A program made the position numbers and the translations under genes. This document shows positions 1-7,792 of a DNA stretch of 64,000 nt, in pieces. The first letter of the stretch is position 1. Every line of letters starts with the position of its first letter. The notes under the pieces were generated by a model. The model did no database searches and was not told the origin of the DNA. It saw only the letters and a list, made by a program, of their open reading frames with translations. Source of the DNA: an archaeon. Lineage in GTDB: Archaea > Nanobdellota > Nanobdellia > Pacearchaeales > GW2011-AR1. The stretch spans positions 315,316 through 379,315 of the forward strand of contig JAIORZ010000002.1 of NCBI GenBank assembly GCA_021107855.1, given 5' to 3'.

Positions 1-148
1 TATCTTGGAGAGTCCCCAATTCATCTAATACATCTTGAGGAACGAGCCATTCTACGGGCTGACTTGTAATTCGGTTTGTCATCTCTTGGAAGTTGATTTT
101 TTGTTTGACGCAGGTCAGGATGAAGTTTGTGTCGAGTAGGATTTTCAT
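1..148 (-). CDS. PIN-domain protein, Fcf1/Utp23/VapC9-like (partial, runs off window start)
   Basis: Hand translation of the minus strand from ATG at 148: MKILLDTNFILTCVKQKINFQEMTNRITSQPVEWLVPQDVLDELGTLQD, with the PIN LDTNF and VxxEL motifs. Not in the ORF track. Confidence 0.8.
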   Translation of the reverse strand, partial: MKILLDTNFILTCVKQKINFQEMTNRITSQPVEWLVPQDVLDELGTLQD

Positions 149-198
149 AACTAAAGAAGGTTGGGAAGATTTATATAAGTTAGCTTATTATTCTGCCT

Positions 199-759
199 AT
201 GAAAGAGATTGAAAACATTCTCAAAATTTTGCGAGAGGCGAAGCAGTTCGTTGAAGAGGATAAGGCGAATGAGTTGAAGAGTTTGTCGAATCGGACAGTT
301 TATGCGGCAGCGGTTTCACAAGATGCGGATAATATTGTTGTTGCGGTTTTGGTTTATTCTTTGGGGAAAGTTATGGAGCGGGCTCACTATCGAGAAATGG
401 AAGGATGGTCCATTTTCTATGAAGCTATTGTGAAAAATTTAGGTGAAGCAGTCAATAAATTGGAGAAAGAAGATATTACTGGGGCTCGAAATAATCTAGG
501 GGAAATTAGGCAATCGTTGAATGAAATTGAAGGGGATTTGGGGAGGTATATTAAGGATGTTTTTCGGAAGGCAGAGATTAATAAGGCGTTTAAGCTGTAT
601 GAGCATGGGTTGTCGTCGGCTGCTACGGCGGAGTTGTTGGGAGTTAGTTTGTGGGATATGGCGAGCTATATTGGGCAGTCGCATATTGGGGATTCGAAGA
701 TTGCGGTTTCGATGCCGGTTGGAGAGAGAGTGAAGATTGCGGAGGGAATATTTGGATGA
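199..759 (+). CDS. Conserved hypothetical protein with C-terminal UPF0175-like HTH (possible antitoxin-like)
   Basis: C-terminal LYEHGLSSAATAELLGVSLWDM resembles the UPF0175 HTH; TTTATATA box about 25 nt upstream. Confidence 0.6.
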   Translation: MKEIENILKILREAKQFVEEDKANELKSLSNRTVYAAAVSQDADNIVVAVLVYSLGKVMERAHYREMEGWSIFYEAIVKNLGEAVNKLEKEDITGARNNLGEIRQSLNEIEGDLGRYIKDVFRKAEINKAFKLYEHGLSSAATAELLGVSLWDMASYIGQSHIGDSKIAVSMPVGERVKIAEGIFG

Positions 760-1184
760 AGATTCGGAAGGCTAAGAAAGAGGATTTGAAAGATATTATA
801 GAAATTTTTAGAACGGAAAGTAGGAAAAGTCCTTATTATCAGAAATTAACAAATAAGAAAATTATTGAAACCTTTAAGCCTGCCTTGAAAAAAAAGGAGA
901 TATGGGTTGCTGTGATTGATGAAAAAATTGTAGGATTTATTTGGGGGGGGCTTAGTTCTGTAAGTAAAAAAATAGTTTATATTGATGATTTGTGGGTGAC
1001 GAAAAAATACCAAAGAGAAGGAATTGGCAAAAAACTTCTTGCACTTGTTGAGAAATTTTATAAAAATAAGGAAGTTCATACTGTTAGGTTTACCGCATAT
1101 ACTAAATCGAAGGCATTCGGATTTTATAAAAAATTAAATTATAGGCCGAGCAAGAAGCTTGTCTTGTTGGAAAAGAAGTTATGA
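756..1184 (+). CDS. GNAT family N-acetyltransferase
   Basis: True start is probably the ATG at 756 (ATGA overlap): MKIRKAKKED..., IDDLWV..YQREGIGKKLL acetyl-CoA motif A, AFGFYKKLNY. Confidence 0.9.
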   Translation: MKIRKAKKEDLKDIIEIFRTESRKSPYYQKLTNKKIIETFKPALKKKEIWVAVIDEKIVGFIWGGLSSVSKKIVYIDDLWVTKKYQREGIGKKLLALVEKFYKNKEVHTVRFTAYTKSKAFGFYKKLNYRPSKKLVLLEKKL

Positions 1185-1855
1185 AATACCTAGTTTTTGA
1201 CGCAGGACCGATTATCTCATTGACACTAAACGGAATGCTACCCGTTATCGAAAAGTTAAAAAAAGTTTTCGGCGGGGAATTCATCCTGACTCCGGATGTT
1301 AGACGAGAGATAGTTGAAAGACCGATGAAAATTAAAAAATTTAAGTTGGAAGCACTACAAGTTACCGATTTAATTGAAAAAGGAATATTCAAATTATCGG
1401 GGGATATCGTCTCGGACCAGAAGTTAGGCAAAGAGATGAAAAAAGTTTTGAAGAATGCGAATGGAGTTTTGAAATCCACGGCGACTGGAGAAAAAATTAA
1501 GATTATCCATGATGGCGAAGCTTCGTGTTTGGCTTTTGTTAATTTGTGTAAGGCGGATGCTGTTATTGTTATTGATGAGAGGACGACTCGTATGTTGACG
1601 GAAGCGCCGGAGAATTTGGAGACAATGATGGAAAGGAAGTTGCACACGCCACTTGATCCGAATTTGAGTTTGCTTGAGGGGATGAAGAACTTTAAGTTCA
1701 TTCGGTCGGCGGAGTTGTTGTATATTGCATATAAGAAAGATTTGATTGGGGTTAAGAAAGAAAAAGAGTTATTGGATGCCTTGCTTTATGGGGTGAAGTT
1801 TAAGGGTTGTGCAATTTCTTCGGGTGAGATTGAAGAGATGAAGCGGTTGGCATAG
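1181..1855 (+). CDS. PIN-domain protein (DUF3368-like)
   Basis: LVFDAGPII, VRREIVE, HDGEASCL and VIDE provide the four conserved acidic PIN positions. Confidence 0.75.
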   Translation: MKYLVFDAGPIISLTLNGMLPVIEKLKKVFGGEFILTPDVRREIVERPMKIKKFKLEALQVTDLIEKGIFKLSGDIVSDQKLGKEMKKVLKNANGVLKSTATGEKIKIIHDGEASCLAFVNLCKADAVIVIDERTTRMLTEAPENLETMMERKLHTPLDPNLSLLEGMKNFKFIRSAELLYIAYKKDLIGVKKEKELLDALLYGVKFKGCAISSGEIEEMKRLA

Positions 1856-2131
1856 CCGAATTAAGATTAGCCCATATTCCATCTATTTTTTCTCCTATAT
1901 CTTTAACTTCTTCTCTCTGTGGGATGCTCAAGGTGGCAGGATTAATTTAATCATATATTTCCTGGAGTCTTGAAACGAACATTTCATGATGTCTATCTTC
2001 TATTTTTGGAGGGAGTTGGTTTAATAATGAATAAATTTCTGAAACTTGGGTGAGATAGTTATCTTTCATGTATTTATAAAATATTTTTATTTATAAAAAT
2101 TTATATACTCTCCTTTTGATAAATTGTTATT

Positions 2132-2202
2132 GGGTTCATCGGATAATGTTAGTCTACTCGGCTCCAGCCCGGGGGGTGGGGGTTAAATTCCTCCTGAGCC
2201 CA
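2132..2202 (+). tRNA. tRNA-Trp (CCA), intron-less, CCA end not encoded
   Basis: Acceptor GGGTTCA/TGAGCCC, D stem GGAT/GTCT, anticodon stem CTCGG/CCGGG with loop CT-CCA-GC, T stem GGGGG/CCTCC; TTTATATA box about 30 nt upstream. Confidence 0.88.
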
Positions 2203-2224
2203 TTTTCGAATTTAACACACACCA

Positions 2225-2320
2225 GGTGGGGGTGAGTGATTCGCTTTGAGAAAAACTAGTTCAAATTAATAATTATTTTTCGAAATGCAAATTACGAATG
2301 AAGAATTCCTCCTGAGCTCA
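2225..2320 (+). repeat. Interrupted duplicate of the tRNA-Trp 3' part with hairpin insert
   Basis: GGTGGGGGT (2225-2233) = tRNA 2175-2183; AATTCCTCCTGAGCTCA (2304-2320) = tRNA 2186-2202 with 1 mismatch; about 70-nt imperfect hairpin between them. Confidence 0.85.
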
Positions 2321-2374
2321 TCTAAATTTTGGACTTGTCAATACTTTTATAAATAATGTCTTCGTGCTGTAACC

Positions 2375-2866
2375 ATGGTGAAGAAAGTAGTGAAAAAGAA
2401 AGTAGTGACAGAGACTGTTCACGAGGATGGAACGAAGAAAACTGTCGTAAAAGAACATTCCCCCAAAAATACTATTAAAAAGAAGAAAGTAGTGGATATT
2501 AAAAAGAAAAGGATGACGGCCAAGGAAAGAGAGGAATTATTGGTTGAAAATTTTGTTGGGCTACAACATGCAATGACTAATATGTCGATTAAGTTTGGGG
2601 CATTGTCTGATAATATTTCAAAGCTATTGCAAATTTTTGAAGAAAGCGCGAAGAATTTTATGTCTGGAGGAAAGTCCGACGATACGGAAATGTTAGGCAA
2701 GATTAATTCGTTGTTAGCTCAAAACAAGACGATTGCGTCGGGTTTGGTTTTAATGGAGGGGAAGTTAAGGGGACGGAACGAGGAGCCGCAGACAGCGCAG
2801 CCTAATATGATGCAGCCTAGACCGCAGATTCCTCCTATGAGACCGAAACCACTTCCAAGTATCTAA
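2375..2866 (+). CDS. Hypothetical protein (Lys-rich N-terminus, coiled coil, Pro-rich tail)
   Basis: 163-aa ORF, TTTATAAA upstream, coupled to the next gene. Confidence 0.7.
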   Translation: MVKKVVKKKVVTETVHEDGTKKTVVKEHSPKNTIKKKKVVDIKKKRMTAKEREELLVENFVGLQHAMTNMSIKFGALSDNISKLLQIFEESAKNFMSGGKSDDTEMLGKINSLLAQNKTIASGLVLMEGKLRGRNEEPQTAQPNMMQPRPQIPPMRPKPLPSI

Positions 2867-3570
2867 TGAATTCCAACGACGTTTCCTTAATTCCTATGCA
2901 TCCGTTTGTCCGTCAGTTTGTATTTTCAATTATTAAGAATATTCGAGGTGAGGAATTTGATTATAGAGAGAGGCCGGTTATCCATGCGGATATGGTACCA
3001 AAGGGCTCTAAAGGTGTGAGGATGGCGTCTATGATGGCAAGTCCTGTGTTAGAAAGTGCGAAGGTGGTTAAGCCTCCTATAAAAATTGCGCCCAGGAGAA
3101 GAGATATGAGTGCGTTGGTTGCACCAATTGGAAGAACTCGGAACAGAGGAGGTCAAAGGATGATGGCCAGCAGGCAAGTTGCGACACTGACTCGAATTGA
3201 ACCTCCTATTGCTTCTGCTGAGGGGACTATGGCAACTCCGGTTCCTTCGGGGAAAGGAATTATTAGCGAAGGTTATGGAAAAATTGCACCCTTACTCGAC
3301 GACCCATCGATTTCTACTATCGAATGCGAAGGTGTTAATAAGCCAATCATGATTCTCCGTGCCGCGCAGAGACAGAAAACTAGAGTTGCCTTAACCAAGG
3401 AGGAAATCCATGAAATTTTGGAAAAAGTAGCAGATGAAACACATATCCCCTTGCTCGAGGGAGTATTCCGTGCAGTAGTAAGCGGATTTTCAATTAATGC
3501 TGTGATTTCTGAGATGATTGGTTCGAGATTTGTGATTAAGAAATCGAATGCTTATTCAATGTTGGAGTGA
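2866..3570 (+). CDS. Hypothetical protein with C-terminal domain resembling the N-terminal region of VirB11/FlaI-type secretion ATPases
   Basis: GYGKIAPLLDDPSISTIECEG resembles the GYGxxxPLLxDxxxxxI motif; no Walker A/B. Confidence 0.6.
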   Translation: MNSNDVSLIPMHPFVRQFVFSIIKNIRGEEFDYRERPVIHADMVPKGSKGVRMASMMASPVLESAKVVKPPIKIAPRRRDMSALVAPIGRTRNRGGQRMMASRQVATLTRIEPPIASAEGTMATPVPSGKGIISEGYGKIAPLLDDPSISTIECEGVNKPIMILRAAQRQKTRVALTKEEIHEILEKVADETHIPLLEGVFRAVVSGFSINAVISEMIGSRFVIKKSNAYSMLE

Positions 3571-3603
3571 TAAAGTTAAATAGGTAAATTTCTTGGGCAA
3601 TTT

Positions 3604-3885
3604 ATGAAAAACGAAATCACCAAGGAGAAATTAGAAAAGTATTTTGATTTGACCAGTCGGGGATTAAAAAAGGTTAGGGAAAATATAATTAAAGGAAAGG
3701 GAAAAGAAGCTGGTGAGATTGTTGAGATGGTTTCGAATTATTTGAGTGACGCACGACATTTTGAGAAGAAAAAAGACTGGGTTGATGCTTTTGCAGCTTT
3801 GAATTATGCACATGGATGGTTGGACTGTGGGGTTCGGACTGGGGTTTTTGACGTGAGTGATAGGGATTTGTTTACGGTTAGATAG
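3604..3885 (+). CDS. DUF357 family protein
   Basis: YLSDARHF...AFAALNYAHGWLDCG signature. Confidence 0.85.
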   Translation: MKNEITKEKLEKYFDLTSRGLKKVRENIIKGKGKEAGEIVEMVSNYLSDARHFEKKKDWVDAFAALNYAHGWLDCGVRTGVFDVSDRDLFTVR

Positions 3886-3915
3886 ATATTTAAATTTAGT
3901 ATCATTTTTTGTATT

Positions 3916-4605
3916 ATGAAAAATGTGTGGGTGATTAGCTTAGGCGGTTCGAGAATTATACCGGACGAAGTAGATGATAAATTTTTATCGGATTTTAAAA
4001 ATTTAATTAACTCTCATCGTAATAAAAAATTCGTTGTAGTCTGCGGTGGAGGGTCCAGTGCTCGTCGATATATTTCGGCTTTGAGAAAGCTAGGAAAGGG
4101 GACACGGGATCAATCGATAGGAGGAATTGCAGTTACTCGGCTTCATGCTGGATTCTTGGCAAGACTTTTTGGGAAACAGGCGAATAGAGAACTTCCGATG
4201 AATATGAAAAAGGTTAAAAATTTACTTGGAAGAAATAGAATTGTGTTTTGTGGTGCGTTGAGATGGCGAGACAAGAATACGAGTGATGGGACTGCGGCGA
4301 AAATTGCGGGGTTTTTAGGATGCAGTTTTATTAATTTAACAAATGTAAAAGGACTTTATTCTAAGGACCCGTGGAAGAATAAAAAAGCAAAATTTATTTC
4401 GAGAATTTCTTGGGATGATTTTTTGAAAGTTTCTAGAAAAATTAAATATGGGGCAGGGCAGCATTTTGTTTTGGATTTGATTGCGGCTAAAGAAATTAAG
4501 AGGAAAAAGATTGTGACTTATATTGTTGGTTCGTTGAAGGCGATGGACAATATCTTGAAAAAGAATAAAAAGGTTAATGGGACAGTAATTGGGGAAAAGA
4601 GTTAA
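3916..4605 (+). CDS. pyrH: UMP kinase (archaeal type)
   Basis: VISLGGS, VVCGGGSSAR, TSDGTAA, NLTNVKGLYSKDP, AGQHFVLD. Confidence 0.93.
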   Translation: MKNVWVISLGGSRIIPDEVDDKFLSDFKNLINSHRNKKFVVVCGGGSSARRYISALRKLGKGTRDQSIGGIAVTRLHAGFLARLFGKQANRELPMNMKKVKNLLGRNRIVFCGALRWRDKNTSDGTAAKIAGFLGCSFINLTNVKGLYSKDPWKNKKAKFISRISWDDFLKVSRKIKYGAGQHFVLDLIAAKEIKRKKIVTYIVGSLKAMDNILKKNKKVNGTVIGEKS

Positions 4606-4649
4606 ATTACTATACAAATTTTTATAAAGTATGAGTGAGTTTTGCTTTT

Positions 4650-4997
4650 ATGGTTTCATCAAAAATTCTTGATAAAAATTTGAAAGTGAGAGAAGGTTTA
4701 GGATTCAGAATAGGTGTTGTTAGTTTTGGTTTAATGGCTCTTCTGGGAATTGTTGGCTCCCAAGCTCTTCTTGATAAAAACAAGGCTTCTAGGATTAAGA
4801 AAGAGCAAATTCATTATAAATTATCTTTAGAGGCTATCGGGCTTTCTTCAAAGGAAGTTCTTAAGGCAGATCGAACGCTTGATATTAATAGAGATGGGGT
4901 GTCTGATTATATTATTGCTATCCCACGAAAAGATGGGTCTTATGCGCAAAGGTTTGTTTTGGGATATAATCCTAGTCAAAATAAAAATCGACCTTAG
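4650..4997 (+). CDS. Hypothetical membrane-anchored protein
   Basis: One hydrophobic segment and a DINRDGVSD Ca-binding-like motif; ATG at 4650 follows TTTATAAA (4621). Confidence 0.55.
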   Translation: MVSSKILDKNLKVREGLGFRIGVVSFGLMALLGIVGSQALLDKNKASRIKKEQIHYKLSLEAIGLSSKEVLKADRTLDINRDGVSDYIIAIPRKDGSYAQRFVLGYNPSQNKNRP

Positions 4998-5032
4998 CAT
5001 AAAAATAAAAAGTGTATTTGTGATGTTTATTT

Positions 5033-5593
5033 GTGAAAGATATAAATTTATTTAAAATAAAAGATTCGCTTTACCTAAAGAAAGTTTCCAGAAAAGATGA
5101 AGTTTCCAAAGATGAGAATTGCGATGGGTTTCTAATCAATTCTTCAGAAAAAGAAGCAAGGCGAATTATTGAAAGTTTGAAAGGAAGTAAAAAGAAAATA
5201 GCAGTTGTAGGTGAAGACGATGCGTTTAATCGACGAGCAATTGAGAGCTTAAAAATTGATTATTTAGTTTCTCCTGAAGGTTCCAAAAAACTTGATAATT
5301 TAAAGCAAAGAGATTCTGGGTTGAATCATGTTGTAGCTAAGATTGCGAAGGAAAAAGAAATTTTGATTGTTGTTGATTTTGGTGGGATTTCTAGATTAGA
5401 GAGAAAAGAAAGAGCTAAGAGAATTGCAAGAGTTGCTCAAAATGTGAAGATTTGTCGAAAGGTTGGATGCGGGATTCGGATTGCGAGTTTCGGGGAGAGG
5501 AGGAAAGATGTTTTTGATGAATTGGGGAGAAAAGCGTTTGGGGTGACGATTGGGATGTCGAGTAGCGAGATTCGGGATTGTGTGGGGTTCTAA
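5033..5593 (+). CDS. rnp3: Ribonuclease P protein component 3 (p30)
   Basis: NRRAIE..KIDYLVSPE, QRDSGLNHVVAKIAKEKEI, NVKICRK. Confidence 0.85.
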   Translation: MKDINLFKIKDSLYLKKVSRKDEVSKDENCDGFLINSSEKEARRIIESLKGSKKKIAVVGEDDAFNRRAIESLKIDYLVSPEGSKKLDNLKQRDSGLNHVVAKIAKEKEILIVVDFGGISRLERKERAKRIARVAQNVKICRKVGCGIRIASFGERRKDVFDELGRKAFGVTIGMSSSEIRDCVGF

Positions 5594-5594
5594 A

Positions 5595-5906
5595 TTATTT
5601 TTCCAGTATTATTTCACTTAATTTTTTAATTCCAGCTTTCTTTATTCCTTTTTCTATCTCTTTTCTTTTTGGGTCGTTTGTATGTGCGGGGGTTCTTCCG
5701 AAGAAGGGTGAGTCTTCAATTCCTGGATAAAAAGTTTTGAAATTAAGATTTCCTATTTCTATTCTTCCAGCGGCTATTGCCTTTACATAATTTTCCCCTA
5801 ATTTTCCCGGGGTTGATGCGTTGGCTAAAAGCACCTCATTCGTATCTCTTATATTATATCCCCCATCTCTTGTTTCATGTACATTATGATTTTGCGCAAT
5901 CTCCAT
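5595..5906 (-). CDS. Hypothetical protein
   Basis: 103-aa ORF filling the gap between plus-strand genes; no recognised motif. Confidence 0.55.
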   Translation of the reverse strand: MEIAQNHNVHETRDGGYNIRDTNEVLLANASTPGKLGENYVKAIAAGRIEIGNLNFKTFYPGIEDSPFFGRTPAHTNDPKRKEIEKGIKKAGIKKLSEIILEK

Positions 5907-5999
5907 AAGTATGTCCGGGTTATCCTGTTTATAATTATTTATATGATTAAGGTTAAGGCAGGTCTAAATATTTATAAAAGATGTTAGCCGTTTTGTTAG

Positions 6000-7748
6000 A
6001 TGATTGAGTTGACTGGGAGAGTGATTGAGATAGTGAATGGAGTTGGAAATCATATTGGTACGTTGCCTGCAAGTGAAATCATTATTTTTGACCTCGCCGT
6101 GATTTTGATTCTGTCCGCAATATTTGCCCTTATCGCTAGAACATTCCGACAACCTTTAATTCCAGCATATGTTTTAACGGGTTTGATTTTAGGTCCTTTG
6201 GTTTTTGGAGTCGTGAAGAATGTCGATTTAATTAATGCGTTTAGCGAAATTGGAATTGCATTTTTATTGTTTACTGCCGGTTTGGAAATTTCGTTTCGAA
6301 AAATTCGTGAAGCAAATTTGAAAAAGATTGCGTTAATTGGTATTTTGCAGGTTGGAGTGATTTTCGGAGTTGCTTTGTTGCTGGCTAATTTTTTGGGTTT
6401 GACCACTTTACAGGCTGCTTATGTGGGAATTATTCTGGCGTTCGGCTCGACGATGGTCGATATTAAACTACTGGCTGACAGAAACGAATTAGTGACGCTT
6501 CACGGTCGGCTGATTTTGGGAATTTTGCTACTACAAGACCTAATCGCAATCATTGCAATTGTCGTTTTCACCAGCAACGGATTTGCAGCTGCTTCCCTAG
6601 GAATCGCTTTTATAAAATTAAGCGCAGTCCTGTCAGCTGCTATTCTCTTACAGAAATTCGTTTTGAAGAAATTATTTAGATTTGCGGCTGAGTCTAATGA
6701 GTTCCTATTTTTATGCTCTTTAGCCGTCTTGTTTTTCTTTATTATTTTGGCCTACATTTCTGACATATCAATTGTAATTGGAGCCTTTATCGCTGGAATT
6801 AGCCTGGCGAACTCTCCATTTAAATTAGAATTAGAATCAAGAATTTCTCCACTTCGGGACTTCTTCGCAATTTTATTTTTTGTGGCTCTTGGTATGCAGC
6901 TTGTTCTTACTGGTATTGGAAGTAGATTAGTTTTACTTGGAGCTTTACTTATAGGTGCATTTTTAATTAAACCGATTATAACTATAGTTTTACTTCGAAT
7001 TACTGGATACCAACCACGGACGAGTTTTTTAACAGCGATTTCTTTGGCGCAACTTAGTGAGTTTTCGTTGATTATCGGAATGATTGGCGTTATGACTGGC
7101 GTTTTGGACGCGTCATTCTTCTCGACCGTTATTCTAGCTACGATTATTACCATGTCTGTCACTCCTTATCTGATCAAATATAAGGGCGGGCTGTATCGTT
7201 TTTTCCGTTATCCGATTAGAAGTTTAGGCTTTTTACCGATGATGGAAATTTTAGAGTATAAAGATAAAAAGAACAAAAAGATTTTGTTGGTTGGCTCACA
7301 TCGAATGGGAGGAGCATTAATGGAAGAGCTGTTGAGGAAAAAGGACGATTTGCTGGTCATTGATTATAATCCAGAAGTGATTGGGGTTTTGATGAAAAAG
7401 AAGGTTAGCTGTGTTTATGGGGATGTTTGTAGCCCAGAGATGTTGGATAAAATTGATTTGAAGAAACTGAAATTGTTGATTTCGACTATTCCTGATTATG
7501 AGCAGACCATGTTTTTACTTAGAAAAATTAGGAAAGTGGCGCCTAAGGCGAAAATTGTTGTGACTGGGAGTCGGATTAGTGAGACGTTGAAATTGTATAG
7601 GGCTGGAGCGGATTATGTTGTGACTCCGAAGATTTTGGCGGGGACTGAGGTTGGTAATATTTTGCACAATTACACCCCTGCGGATTTGAAGAAAGCTAGG
7701 GAAAGGCATTTGGAGCATCTGAAGGAAATACATCGGTTGTTGTATTAG
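6000..7748 (+). CDS. CPA2 cation:proton antiporter (Kef-type) with C-terminal TrkA-N/RCK domain
   Basis: Many TM helices, QPLIPAYVLTG, LLFTAGLE, GILLLQDL, LAQLSEFS, C-terminal VYGD...GADYVV. Confidence 0.92.
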   Translation: MIELTGRVIEIVNGVGNHIGTLPASEIIIFDLAVILILSAIFALIARTFRQPLIPAYVLTGLILGPLVFGVVKNVDLINAFSEIGIAFLLFTAGLEISFRKIREANLKKIALIGILQVGVIFGVALLLANFLGLTTLQAAYVGIILAFGSTMVDIKLLADRNELVTLHGRLILGILLLQDLIAIIAIVVFTSNGFAAASLGIAFIKLSAVLSAAILLQKFVLKKLFRFAAESNEFLFLCSLAVLFFFIILAYISDISIVIGAFIAGISLANSPFKLELESRISPLRDFFAILFFVALGMQLVLTGIGSRLVLLGALLIGAFLIKPIITIVLLRITGYQPRTSFLTAISLAQLSEFSLIIGMIGVMTGVLDASFFSTVILATIITMSVTPYLIKYKGGLYRFFRYPIRSLGFLPMMEILEYKDKKNKKILLVGSHRMGGALMEELLRKKDDLLVIDYNPEVIGVLMKKKVSCVYGDVCSPEMLDKIDLKKLKLLISTIPDYEQTMFLLRKIRKVAPKAKIVVTGSRISETLKLYRAGADYVVTPKILAGTEVGNILHNYTPADLKKARERHLEHLKEIHRLLY

Positions 7749-7792
7749 ATTTCTGTGCTAAACCTTAAAAAGTTGTAATATGTCGGATTATA

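Noticed and set aside
651-755. Upstream extension of the GNAT ORF in the ORF track
   Set aside because: It overlaps the previous gene; the GNAT fold begins at ATG 756.
942-949. G homopolymer in the GNAT gene as a phase-variation tract
   Set aside because: The frame is intact and similar G/C runs occur in essential genes (mcm, leuS), consistent with the skewed composition.
1803-2069. Minus-strand 40-codon ORF (MKDNYLTQ...) whose frame stays open after a single TAA at 1947-1949, hinting at readthrough or a pseudogene
   Set aside because: No recognisable family, and all confident genes terminate normally at TAA, so recoding is unsupported. At most a decayed orphan.
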